Shown here in pieces: positions 13,001-24,684 of a stretch of 64,000 nt of DNA. A model generated the notes under the pieces. It was not told the origin of the DNA. It saw nothing but the letters and a program-made list of their open reading frames with translations, and did not search any database. Each line of letters begins with the position of its first letter. Positions within the stretch are counted from its first letter, which is position 1. A program made the position numbers and the translations under genes. The DNA comes from Tubiluchus corallicola (Eukaryota; Animalia; Priapulida), in contig JAQGDQ010000236.1 of assembly GCA_030141605.1 (NCBI GenBank), forward strand, positions 186,001-250,000. Direction: 5' to 3'.

Positions 13001-16000
13001 GTAGTATGTCTGTACTGTAGAAGTGCTTAAAAACATTGTGAAAAGTGTAGTATGTCTGTACTGCAGAAGTGCTTAAAAACATGGTGAAAAGTATAGTATG
13101 TCTGTACTGTAAACATGGTGAAAAGTGTAGTATGTCTGTAGTGTAGAAGTGCTTAAAAACATGGTGAAAAGTGTAGTATGTCTGTACTGCAGAAGTGCTT
13201 AAAAACATGGTGAAAAGTGTAGTATATCTGTACTGCAGAAGTGCTTAAAAACATGGTGAAACGTGTAGTATATCTGTACTGCAGAAGTGCTTAAAAACAT
13301 TGTGAAAAGTGTAGTATGTCTGTACTGCAGAAGTGCTTAAAAACATGGTGAAAAGTGTAGTATGTCTGTACTGCAGAAGTGCTTAAAAACATGGTGAAAA
13401 GTTTAGTATGTCTGTACTGCAGAAGTGCTTAAAAACATGGTGAAACGTGTAGTATATCTGTACTGCAGAAGTGCTTAAAAACATTGTGAAAAGTGTAGTA
13501 TGTCTGTACTGCAGAAGTTCTTAAAAACATGGTGAAAAGTGTAATATGTCTGTACTGCAGAAGTGCTTAAAAACATTGTGAAAAGTGTAGTATGTCTGTA
13601 CTGCAGAAGTGCTTAAAAACATGGTGAAAAGTGTAGTATGTCTGTACTGCAGAAGTGCTTAAAAACATGGTGAAAAGTGTAGTATGTCTGTACTGTAGAA
13701 GTGCTTAAAAACATTGTGAAAAGTGTAGTATGTATGTACTGCAGAAGTGCTTAAAAACATGGTGAAAAGTGTAGTATATCTGTACTGCAGAAGTGCTTAA
13801 AAACATGGTGAAAAGTGTAGTATATCTGTACTGCAGAAGTGCTTAAAAACATGGTGAAAAGTGTAGTATGTATGTACTGCAGAAGTGCTTAAAAACATGG
13901 TGAAAAGTGTAGTATATCTGTACTGTAGAAGTGCTTAAAAACATTGTGAAAAGTGTAGTATGTATGTACTGCAGAAGTGCTTAAAAACATGGTGAAAAGT
14001 GTAGTATATCTGTACTGCAGAAGTGCTTAAAAACATTGTGAAAAGTGTAGTATGTATGTACTGCAGAAGTGCTTAAAAACATGGTGAAAAGTGTAGTATG
14101 TCTGTACTGTAGAAGTGCTTAAAAACATTGTGAAAAGTGTAGTATGTCTGTACTGCAGAAGTGCTTAAAAACATGGTGAAAAGTGTAGTATGTCTGTACT
14201 GCAGAAGTGCTTAAAAACATGGTGAAAAGTGTAGTATGTCTGTACTGTAGAAGTGCTTAAAAACATGGTGAAAAGTGTAGTATGTATGTACTGCAGAAGT
14301 GCTTAAAAACATGGTGAAAAGTGTAGTATATCTGTACTGCAGAAGTGCTTAAAAACATGGTGAAAAGTGTAGTATGTCTGTACTGCAGAAGTGCTTAAAA
14401 ACATGGTGAAAAGTGTAGTATGTCTGTACTGTAGAAGTGCTTAACAACATGGTGAAAAGTGTAGTATGTCTGTACTACAGAAGTGCTTAAAAACATGGTG
14501 AAAAGTGTAGTATATCTGTACTGCAGAAGTGCTTAAAAACATGGTGAAAAGTGTAGTATATCTGTACTGTAGAAGTGCTTAAAAACATTGTGAAAAGTGT
14601 AGTATATCTGTACTGTAGAAGTGCTTAAAAACATTTAACAGTAAAAGAGCATCATCAGTGTCCCCCATTTTAGCATTAATTTAACAGTAAGAGAGCATCA
14701 TCAGTATCCACCATTTTAGCATTAATTTAACAATAAAAGAGCATCATCAGAGCCCCATCTTAACAGGCCTTGAGTTAAAAATATAAAATGAAAATATACC
14801 AATTAATTCCACTATTAACTTATTACCTTTATGTATATGACTGTGACTGCTTTTCATTAGCACTATTCTCTAACATATGTGCTGGTACAGTTAACTATTA
14901 TAACCCCATTGTTGTATGGTTTCATTTAAACTGAATGTCTACTGTCAGACAAATTCAATTTGCTGACACTGTGAGTTAAACATTAGTATAATTTATGTAC
15001 CTGAAAATTTTTGCTTTTGGCTTTTTATTGCGAAATTCGCAAACGCATTTCCAGCACGCATAAATTTTGTGGTTTACTGTACTTTATCTTGATGATTTAG
15101 CTGTTCAGTCTTGCACAGAATATTGTAGCTACCTACAGCTCATAGACTTAGCCTCTTATGTTATTTACATGTTGGATTAGAAAAGTCTCTTTGTGAATGT
15201 GGTCTAGTTTGATGTGTGGTAGTTGCCGGGAACTCTGTAATCATTTGTTCATTGAAGTCTGTTGCTAAGTTAAGTTATCCCTTTCTCATGGAGGTTTCTC
15301 ACAGAAATTGTTTTGCTGATGCTTTTGTGATGCTGGACATTCCTAGAAACATCTAAATTGTTTATAAATCAAGTTTTTTTCCTTTCGCATCTTATTTGTG
15401 CAATTTTTTTTACCAGGAAATTGTAAATGAAACTTCATTTGCTTTATTGGTGAATATCAGCAGATGCTGTCCACCACTTGCAGTCAATAATAGTAATTCT
15501 AGTTTTCCGAATTTGTAAAATTATTGTTTGTTTTAAGTACTAATTAATTCTTATATTGTTCGTAATATTGTTAGTTCTAGCCTTAGATTGTTACCTATGC
15601 ATAAAAATTGTAGGTGAAGTTTCAGTCGAGGAAAATTTATTTTTATGGACGTATATTTATATTATAATATAAATAAATATATAATATATATAAATAATAT
15701 AAATTATAATATTTGCAGGAGTATTAACACCCTATCGGTTAATAAGGCAATCATGGCAGGAATGGCTGTACTGATTTACCTTTTCTTGCATATTTACAAT
15801 TGTATTAACAGTTTCATTTCTTAAAATTCTAAACATTTTGATTATTCAGTTACAGGTCAGGCCGCCCTCCCCACAAACGGGCTATGTCAATTGGAGCCAT
15901 TTATGGTATGTGCATTTGTAAAAGTGTCTTTTACTTGGAACCTAATTTATGGCAGCGTTGTTTTCTATAAGAGTACTCTTAACAAACATCTCATCAAAAT

Positions 16001-19000
16001 AAACTGTGATACCATGTAAAGAGTCGTGTTCTCTTCAGTAAATGTAATACAACCGATTAAAAAGACTGTGTAATTTGTTTTTTTATATTAATTTTGATAA
16101 ATCAAAAAACAAAAACTCTCAATTAAACAAAAACTTTAATGTTGAATTCATAATTAATGTTTAATGTAGTTAATTTAACTGCAAACACGTGGCGAACAAA
16201 TTAAAATTTTCAACGATGCATATTATAGTTCAACCTTGAAGCACAGTTATAGTTCAACCTTGAAGCACAGTTATCGTTCAACCTTGAAGCACAGTTATGG
16301 TTCAACCTTGAAGCACAGTTATAGTTCAACCTTGAAGCACAGTTATAGTTCAACCTTGAAGCACAGTTATAGTTCAACCTTGAAGCACAGTTATGGTTCA
16401 GCCTTGAAGCACAGTTATAGTTCAACCTTGAAGCACAGTTATAGTTCAACCTTGAAGCACAGTTATGGTTCAACCTTGAAGCACAGTTATAGTTCAACCT
16501 TGAAGCACAGTTATAGTTCAACCTTGAAGCACAGTTATAGTTCAACCTTGAAGCACAGTTATAGTTCAACCTTGAAGCACAGTTATAGTTCAACCTTGAA
16601 GCACAGTTATGGTTCAACCTTGAAGCACAGTTATGGTTCAACCGAACAATCTTGAATATCATAGCATTAACTTCAAACAGTAAGACAAAATCAGTTCACC
16701 TTTGAACAGTTGAATAGATCTAGACTAGTCACAAAGTTTAAAGCTTCAAACAGAGAAAAATTTAACTAGAACAATATTGATCAGAATCATCAGTAAGTGA
16801 AACAGTAGCAACATGTATAAGCTTAACATACTCTGAAGTCATTTGATATTTTACATGAGAACATATAATAATGTCTTCAGACATTATGTAGCATGTTTAC
16901 AATGGTTGCATACAATTAAACTGTTTTCAAACTGGGATCCAGCATACAGTGGCAAGGCATTTTAGTTAGGTGATTGTTGTGGGACTAGAATTTAGATATT
17001 ATCAAAGCTAAATCTGTGTAATGAGTCACTAAACTGACAGAAGTATCTTAGCAGTGTTTTGATGTTTGTACAATCTCCTTCAGCGAGGTAATTAACCATT
17101 TGCTGTATGGCAGGAGTAGTTTCCTCATGGTCACTCAGCCATTTGCAAACCAGGCTTGACCTTGTTTAACTACATTTACTAACTACTTCCACTGTTTCCC
17201 TCACTCAATGGCGGTTTCATAGTAATTCATATGATAGGTATTTTTAAGAATAACAACTACACCTGAATAACAAGAGCCAAAGATAAACACAAACACAAGA
17301 CAAAACACAACTCGTGTCAATTTAAATTATTCGATTTCCTCCAAATTGTGTTTGCTAGATTCCTGGAAAACTGTTTATGCACAAGAGTTGTAAAACTAGT
17401 AAAAAATTGTTGCTTTGCGAGATAAATTTTGCACTATTGTGTATTCTAGGTTTGTACGTGACATGGAAAAAGAATACGCACAACAGCAGTTGATGAATTT
17501 ACCTGATGGAACTTTCCTCGTTCGAACGAACAGGCATGATGGTGGATTCAGGCTTGCTGTAAAGTAAGTTTGTAATTTGTAAACTTTGGTTCTCTTTTGT
17601 TAGAACGTTTAGTGATGACAAAGTGCAGTTTATCTTTTTATTTATTTTTGTATTTGGTACCTAAAAGATTATAAATTTGTAGTTGTTATGGTAGTTAAAT
17701 TAGAAAACCGATTTAGAAACACCATCATTTCTCTAGTGGAGTAAGCATAGAGAACTATCTCTGTATGCATGTTAAAGGTTTTTCTTGTCGATGTAAAGGC
17801 CGCCCTTCACTCATTACAGTTCTTTATACGAAATTCTCAATTTTTTTTGTATTTTAGGTACCTGGGTGTGGTAAAGCACATTAAGATAGTAAACAAAAAG
17901 TCACCTGTTGAATGCTGGTATCTGGCAGAGTCACACAGCTTTCCAAGTTTGGAGGTCCTTTCTTAAATGGAAATCATTTATTTTGCTTCCATCTTTATTA
18001 TTATTGTGTGTGTGCTTGCAAACCAAAACTTGTTGTTTGGCTTAGTTAAAACTACGTTATGATACTTCAAAGTAGAATACACCAAAATTTTGGTCAAATG
18101 CCAATGTTTTTTATAAAAACAAATACTAAAATTATAGTTTTATAACCCTGCACCCTCTTTTCTGGCTAGAAAGTAGTACAGAAATTGTAAGAAACTTGTA
18201 TTTTCAAACTCTGATAGTAGCGCGTGGAAGCAGTCATTTTGCTTAGAGTTTTTTCTGTTGCCAAATGCAGATCTTCGTCAGGAACAACATTCTACTGGAT
18301 TTAAGCATAACTTCAATGTGTTCTTGCAAAATCCATAGCAACCAACATTTGTGCATGCAGTTGTTAAGTGTTTTGTAGAAATATGACAAAAAACAATGGA
18401 TAACTTTAACAGTGATTTTCTCAAGGCCATGTTTATCATTGCGTAGCCTGTACGTCAACTTTAACATGGATTATCTCAGCTTAGAAATAACATTGAGCAA
18501 TGAGCTTGATATCAAAATGATCCTCTTGAAATGGAAATTCGGGATACGTGAATAACTAGAACGGCTTATTTACGAACTTATGGACAATTTTTGCTGTGCA
18601 AGCACACATATACTAATTATTATTACTATTCCAACATTACAAAACAGTATCAACAAAAGTTGTTATGGATTTGATAAATGTGCATGTGTGAATAATAGCA
18701 AACGCTGTCAGATTAGGGTATTTATATAGGTTGCGGTACACATACAGACCAATAGAATGTGTTTTTGTTTTAGGATTTGATCAACTGGTATGCGAACAAC
18801 AGTCTTGCCGAAAATTTTGAGAATTTGGAGACAACATTGGCTATACCCTTCAAAAGCGTCAGAGGTATAAAATAAGCCTTTCATTTATTCTGCGATAGTT
18901 AAATGAAAACCGTATTTAGTTTTAGTTACTAAACAAACACTATAATTGATGAATATCGTAATATATGTTTTCTATTGTTTAATTGTTTAAAAACCTGATT

Positions 19001-20684
19001 TGACTGTCCATTTTGTTCTGAAGGAAATGTCACTTAGCGATACGTTTATTCTAATTTACTTGAAAATGGGAAACTGCTTTTTGTACTAATTTCTGTTAAC
19101 TTGAATCCTTATGTAGCTTCATTATCTGTTTTTTAGCCCTTCTGTAAATAATGAAATATACTTATGTTAGCAGTTTCACCAAATAATTTGATTCGGTGTC
19201 ATTCACTGTTTGTCTGTGTTTATAGAGAATGTCAGTAGCATTTGTGAAAGTTCTGTATTGTTATTATTCTAGGCATCGGAATCATTGGTTACTGCGTAGC
19301 TATATTTGATTATAAAGCGACTGCCACTAATCAGTTGTCATTCCGCCGTGGTGATCGCATTGCAATTATTGACAAGTCTGGGGAGAGCAAGGGTTGGTGG
19401 AAGGGAGAGTTACATGACAAGGTATAACAGTTTCACTTATTTTAGTTTAAGGTGATAATTCAGCTCTTGCTGTACAGTGCTTGACCGTTGACAAGAAATT
19501 CTCTTTGTCAATTTGGACTCAAATGAAAATTTGATTCTGTGTGTGGGCTTTGTTATGTGTATTAGTTTTCTTCAGTGAACATAACTATTGTGCATAGGTC
19601 ATTATACTAAAAATATAGCGTCTTTTGTTAGTTAATGATTTCTTGTAGAAAGTTTAAATAGATGCTTTTTCTTATTGACAATAATGTCTTTGAAATGAAA
19701 CTATAACGTACCATATGACAGTATATATACTATATATACCATATAACATACCGTATCATCCACACTTTACGTCAAATTTGTGATATTTCCTAAGAAATGT
19801 GAACACGTTTCAAAATGTGCTTGAGGATGCATTTTGAAACACTTTTATTCCATTTTTAGCCCGCGATGCAGTTTCTAGTTCATTCTGCATCAGATGTTCT
19901 TCACCTCTTTTGAAGTTTATTTTATGTATTTTAGCTGGCTACCATTTTGTTTGGAAACGTGCCAAAAATAGGTGCAACAGTTTACCTGATTTGTAACTGC
20001 AGTTTATTCATTCATTCAGAAACTAGTTTAGGACCTGTCATAATCCAGTCTTCAAGTGCTCAATTTCAACTTGGAGAGTGTCAAACTGTGTATGAAAATC
20101 TCATTATAGTATTTGCAATAATGAATCAGGCTTATAGCTATGTAACTTACTGCCAGTCATTAATTATTATATCTTATTGCCAATATAATAATTAATGATT
20201 TTACAGACCTACAAGATATACAAAATTTCTGTACAAAACTTGAAATATTAGAATGTGAAGAAATTGGAATGCTACCTGGATTTGAACTGGGAACCTTTTG
20301 CTTAAGTTGCAGAAGCCTTACCACTTTTTCACATTTCCTGTAGTGCAAGTTTAGTATTTTCAATATTTTAATTAATTGTAACATTATTTGTAATTAGTTG
20401 TTGTTCTTGCACTACCAGCATCTCCAGTTTTTTCCTAATTGTGTAATTTCAAGCGAGAAAGCTTTGATTTTTTACGAATAACTGCTCATTGTATTAGTTC
20501 TGCGCACAGGCTCAACCAGCATTACTGCTGTTAAAAAGTAAACGTTTATGTGATGTAAGGAATCTCTTGTTATAGCTCATTTCCTACTAATATTGAACTA
20601 AACTCATTTCAGATCGCCTACTTTCCAATGACTTACGTTGCCGAAGAAAAATCTGACCGAGATATGCATCTCCAGAATTCTTGA
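865..20684 (+). CDS. VAV: Vav-family Rho/Rac guanine nucleotide exchange factor, 3' part (14 exons in window; CH and acidic regions lie upstream)
   Basis: Exons join in frame with GT-AG sites: 865-1043, 5769-5864, 7092-7256, 7720-7811, 8002-8134, 9478-9587, 10288-10389, 11571-11719, 12353-12522, 15850(or 15856)-15905, 17450-17563, 17858-17954, 18774-18864, 19273-19421, 20613-20684. Domain order DH-PH-C1-SH3-SH2-SH3 is diagnostic of Vav. Confidence 0.95.
2122..2325. mobile_element. ~200-bp foldback/MITE-like inverted repeat
   Basis: ataatgggg..ttgcttgagccagcaggat pairs with atcctgctggcttaagtaaccccattat; the inner pair is gagacaaaactggta / taccagttttatctc. Confidence 0.7.
5149..5556. mobile_element. 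MITE with ~25-bp terminal inverted repeats, TA-flanked
   Basis: ta|cgcacaatatctcggtttgccaacc ... ggttcggccaaccgagatatgagtg|ta. Confidence 0.65.
5769..5864 (+). CDS. VAV: Vav exon, DH domain
   Basis: ttag|[32 protein letters not shown]|gtttgt, the Vav DH signature. Confidence 0.95.
7092..7256 (+). CDS. VAV: Vav exon, DH C-terminus
   Basis: acag|ELIKQTP...[16 protein letters not shown]...DLVM|gtaagt. Confidence 0.95.
7720..7811 (+). CDS. VAV: Vav exon, PH domain start
   Basis: tcag|[31 protein letters not shown]|gttttc. Confidence 0.9.
8002..8134 (+). CDS. VAV: Vav exon, PH domain
   Basis: gtag|[26 protein letters not shown]...KRDK|gtagac. Confidence 0.92.
8477..8857. repeat. 46/51-bp minisatellite, ~8 copies
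   Basis: unit cctgtatgtcttacagccccattccttccaat(aagct)1-2atccaatg. Confidence 0.95.
9478..9587 (+). CDS. VAV: Vav exon, PH domain end
   Basis: gtag|[37 protein letters not shown]|gtgagt. Confidence 0.92.
10288..10389 (+). CDS. VAV: Vav exon, C1 zinc finger first half
   Basis: gcag|[34 protein letters not shown]|gtaaga. Confidence 0.92.
10473..10932. mobile_element. piggyBac-like MITE
   Basis: TTAA|CCCTTTCAGTCCC ... GGGTATGAAAGGG|TTAA: TTAA target duplication and CCC/GGG termini, with internal gtatcccgcaggatac / gaatcccacgggatac motifs. Confidence 0.85.
11571..11719 (+). CDS. VAV: Vav exon, C1 second half plus proline-rich linker
   Basis: ttag|[49 protein letters not shown]|gtaact. Confidence 0.92.
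12353..12522 (+). CDS. VAV: Vav exon, N-terminal SH3
   Basis: ccag|EYRVIKSY...[11 protein letters not shown]...[22 protein letters not shown]|gtatag. Confidence 0.9.
12786..14635. repeat. 46-bp satellite, ~40 copies, in a Vav intron
   Basis: unit tgtactgcagaagtgcttaaaaacatggtgaaaagtgtagtatgtc. Confidence 0.98.
14633..14765. repeat. short tandem repeat, ~3 copies of ~46 bp, abutting the satellite
   Basis: atttaacagtaaaagagcatcatcagt..cccattttagcatta repeated. Confidence 0.85.
15850..15905 (+). CDS. VAV: Vav short linker exon (alternative acceptor at 15856)
   Basis: (LQ)[17 protein letters not shown]|gtatgt. Phase 0 in and phase 2 out, which supplies the TG of the first SH2 Trp codon. Confidence 0.8.
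16222..16643. repeat. 24-bp minisatellite, ~17 copies
   Basis: unit ttatagttcaaccttgaagcacag. Confidence 0.98.
17450..17563 (+). CDS. VAV: Vav exon, SH2 domain
   Basis: ctag|(W)[38 protein letters not shown]|gtaagt, with the FLVR motif. Confidence 0.93.
17858..17954 (+). CDS. VAV: Vav exon, SH2 domain
   Basis: ttag|[32 protein letters not shown]|gtcctt (weak donor, but required by frame). Confidence 0.88.
18008..18608 (-). mobile_element. interspersed ~0.6-kb MITE family A, copy 1
   Basis: TIR tgtgtgcttgca...tgcaagcacaca. Its reverse complement aligns by eye to 28976-29603 and 30195-30859. Confidence 0.8.
18774..18864 (+). CDS. VAV: Vav exon, SH2 end
   Basis: ttag|[30 protein letters not shown]|gtataa. 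Confidence 0.92.
19273..19421 (+). CDS. VAV: Vav exon, C-terminal SH3
   Basis: ctag|[49 protein letters not shown]|gtataa. Confidence 0.94.
20267..20335 (-). mobile_element. degenerate tRNA-derived (SINE-head-like) sequence
   Basis: Minus strand reads agtggtaaggc...ggttcccagttcaaatccagg, with A-box- and B-box-like motifs at tRNA spacing but no intact acceptor stem. Confidence 0.45.
20613..20684 (+). CDS. VAV: Vav last coding exon
   Basis: tcag|[23 protein letters not shown], which completes the SH3 YFP..YV motif. Confidence 0.92.
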   Translation: MAYFPMTYVAEEKSDRDMHLQNS

Positions 20685-22267
20685 CTAACCGTATCACGTC
20701 TGGACGCTGTGAGCGGTTGTCATAGCAAGCCAGTAGCGTCTGATGGCCTCCTGGCATTATAGTTTGTTATTACGCACTACACTTGTTGTGTTAGCACACT
20801 TTAAATTAGTGGTTATTTGTGTTCGTATGATTTATATGATACATGAAACTATGTAGTTTAGGCAGGTATTTCAAATGCATAAACAACTACATGCTAATAT
20901 AAGCAATTTTTTAGTAATAATGTCCATAAAAGTCGATTTGTAATGATTTATCTTTTAAGTCTGCAATTTGAACGATATCTAAATGATCATTTTACTTGAA
21001 AAGTACAACTTCAGTCAATTTGAGAAAATTAATCGATTCTTTATATCATTAGTAAATTAGTTATGTGTATTTCATTTCTCTGTACATGTGTTCTTATATT
21101 CACCATTTTGCTGTAGGCCCTTGTCTTGCCATTGTTTGTGGCAAGTTGTATAGAAAATATCAATCGTGTTATAATTTTTGGATAATAAGTATTCGAAACG
21201 TCATTTTTTGTCCGAGTAGGTTAATGATGTATGCTGTTATTCCTTGTAATAATCAATATGTAAATTCCATGTATGCATAATAACGTATCCAGTCAAGCGC
21301 ATGATTGAATTTAGCCGAATATTTTCCGGATAATTTTGTTTCATTCTGTGTTGCTTCTACACTGAATTATTGCCATGATGTTAAGTTACATTACGCATAA
21401 CAATTGAGAAAAAAGCAGAGATTTTGGATTGTAAGTGATGACATCATTCGCGGTCATCATCAATGATGTTCTTTTGTTGATCCTGCTCTGTGGCATCGAA
21501 AATTGTTGGGAGAAAACCTAGCTAAATAGATATCTCTTGCTTTTCTTGCAATAATAACATGCCAGAGATTAAATGATCTTTATTTGCAAGATGTTTATAA
21601 CACAATCTAGTAAACGTGATTGTCGTTTTGCAACTCTGCATTTTTATTTGACGTACTTATTTTACCTTTGATTTTAAGCGAATTTTTTGTTTGTCACACA
21701 GCTTAATTATTTCGTTAGAAGTTTAGAGAAAAGGAAAATTGATAAAATGTGAAAATGTTTTGCTCTATACAAATTTTGGCAAATTGTGTCGCAGTTATTA
21801 TTATGCAGGTTGAAAGTACTTTTAGTGAATACTGTTATAAGTTTTTGCATATGAAAGAAGAAGTTTAGCAAGCTTTCAGAAGTGGCTCGAGTTTCTATTT
21901 ACGGCAAAACAAGCTCTAGAGCCATTAGCTAAAACTTGCCTGCATCCATCTTGGTAGCAAGTGCCACCTATCGGGAGAGCTTGGGAACTAATCTTGCAAA
22001 AGTGTTATAATGCTTTCTAGCAGATGGTTCATCTACATTTATTTTCTAGCAGATGGTTCATCTACATTTATTTTAAATTTAAGTTAAGTAGTTCATATAG
22101 TAAACTACGCAAATTTTATGCATTTTAAAGTTTTATTGTATTATATAAAAACCAAGAATCGCGTTTTACATTTGAAGGCCGCTATTTAGAATGAAGTATA
22201 TATAACAATGATAATGATTTTTATTAACCTTAATGTTATAGTCTGTGAGCCAGACAACATATTGGTA

Positions 22268-22748
22268 TCATTCGTATGCAACTGGGCTCATTCGTACACA
22301 ACTGGGCTCATTCGTACACAACTGGGCTCATTTGTACCCAACTGGGCTCATTCGTACACAACTGGGCTCATTCGTACGCAACTGGGCTCATTCGTACGCA
22401 ACTGGGCTCATTTGTACCCAACTGGGCTCATTCGTACACAACTGGGCTCATTCGTACACAACTGGGCTCCTTCGTACGCAACTGGGCTCATTCGTACGCA
22501 ACTGGGCTCATTTGTACCCAACTGGGCTCATTCGTACACAACTGGGCTCATTCGTACGCAACTGGGCTCATTCGTACGCAACTGGGCTCATTCGTACGCA
22601 ACTGGGCTCATTCGTACGCAACTGGGCTCATTCGTACGCAACTGGGCTCATTTGTACCCAACTGGGCTCATTCGTACCCAACTGGGCTCATTCGTACGCA
22701 ACTGGGCTCATTCGTACGCAACTGGGCTCATTCATACACAGCTGGGCC
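22268..22748. repeat. 20-bp minisatellite, ~24 copies
   Basis: unit cattcgtac(a/g/c)caactgggct. Confidence 0.98.
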
Positions 22749-24684
22749 CATATCGCTCAGAAAGCTGTGCCGCAGGAAAATCTTCCAGGCATTTTTGACA
22801 ACCTGAGATGTGTACCTTATCAAAAGTGCATTGGGGGAATTTGCTTTTCCTCCTGAATAGTACTGGAAACCAAATTTCGAATGTTTGGCTCATGGACTAA
22901 TAAACTTGTATGAAACAAACAGTATTAATTGTCATTATTTTGTGTTAACAATGTGTTTTGCATAGTGTTTTTGTATGCATGTTAGGTGAGTTATTTGAAG
23001 TATGAGTGTTTATGTATAAACCATGTACCACTAAGCTTAAGTAATGCAGGGTTTATTATTACTCTAAACAGACTTTAGTTTATTAGTACGAAGGCATTTT
23101 GCGCGAACTCAGTTGAGCTGTTCTTCCATAGAAAACGATTTTATTATAATTACTAAAAATAAGTTTCTTTTAATAAAGAAGTGAAAATATTTCAGTAAAT
23201 CTAAATCGTGACCTGTCTTCAGGTGAAAAGAATTTCAAAAAGCACAAAAGATTACTAAATACTCTAGCAGTTTTTCTATGCTTAATTAACGCATTTTTCT
23301 TCTTTTTTCACTCGTAAGATAGATCACGGAAGCTAGAGTACTGGCTGTTTTTTTATTAGGTGACTTTTTTTAGTCAGTTCTTGACATAATTATTCGGTGT
23401 TTTGATTCTTGCTGCTATAGCGAATTAAATGCAATAAATAATTCTTATGGAAGTAAATTCATACAAATATTAATATCATCCATATTTATGTAGCTGGGTC
23501 CTAGAATTGGAATAAGATGTATCACCAGCCATCTTACAGTTTAGCTGCCTGTAAATTATTAATTTATTTTAGCTTACACCTCGCCTTTATGAAGGGAGTT
23601 TGTCACATCAGTATTTGCCATCAAACTGCTCTTTTCTGACTGGTGATCCAGAATAAATTTTAACATACTTTAAATACTCAAGAAGAAAGTTCATTTCGTT
23701 GTTGTCTACAAAAAAGTGATTTGCAAAATATACAAAATGCAAAATCTTACATATTGATGTAGATCTAATGGTTTAAAGACAAAAGGCACATTCTTAAACA
23801 AGTTTGGTACGTACAAGTTCCATTACTATAGAATGTTTTAAGTTCTTTCTTGTTCAATTTTATTCAACCTAAATTGAAGTTTGTAAATGAAAGATAAACG
23901 AAAAGTTACTGGTGTATTTCAGTTAGTAGCATTGTTTGAAATGTTTATTCAAGATAGGGTAGTGAATGTTCAAATCTAAAATACTAAACTGTTCATGTTA
24001 CTTTTTTGCTCCTGTTGCCTCGGTGTTTTGCTATGATTCATATAATATTTATTAACAGAAATTTGCATAATGGACAATTGTTGGATTCTTACTGATATCT
24101 GCATATTCACAGCTTTTAAGACAGTTGTTATTACTATTACTACTATTTTTTCTTTCACATTGTCATCCAACCTCAGCAAATTCACTAATCTCTAAAATAA
24201 GGGCAACGTGTAAAGGACCTAAGGTCATACATTGCCCTCGCATTGGCTTTGGCTTAGTCCTTGCTTTTTATAATTACTGTACTGAACCATGTGTGCAAAA
24301 TGAACTCTATGATCTATAGGAACTGCTGTTGAAAAACAGTCTTTGAAAATTGCAGTCATTTATTGTTTATTGCCTTATGTCAAGTGGCCACGTTTTTTCC
24401 TGATTTTTACGTGTTTGTTAAGCCATATACATTTATTATTTTAATTGTAAATAACAAATAAACAAGAGAATAAATAAAAATTCCTTGCTTTGTATCTGTA
24501 CAACAAACTGTTTTTGTTTTTTCTCCAAATGTCATATGTTGTCAACAAATAATTGTGTGTGTATACATATACATGTATACGGACAAGAATCTGCATACCT
24601 CAATGGCCGGTCTTACAAGATCTTTCCAAGACAATTCCATTTTAATACTAGTTTCAAAGTATCAAGCTGCCCTCTTCCAATGGC

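Noticed and set aside
12786-14635. CRISPR-like array (also considered for the 56-bp and 28-bp arrays)
   Set aside because: The units are head-to-tail with no unique spacers, there are no cas genes and the context is eukaryotic.
16210-16662. repetitive ORFs (NYNCASRL)n / (KHSYSSTL)n
   Set aside because: Translation artefact of a 24-bp intronic minisatellite.
17955-17963. U12-type intron at the gtcctttc donor
   Set aside because: It does not match GTATCCTT; treated as a weak U2 donor.
22208-22856. three overlapping 176-203 aa repeat ORFs
   Set aside because: A stop-free 20-bp unit opens all three frames; there is no coding evidence.
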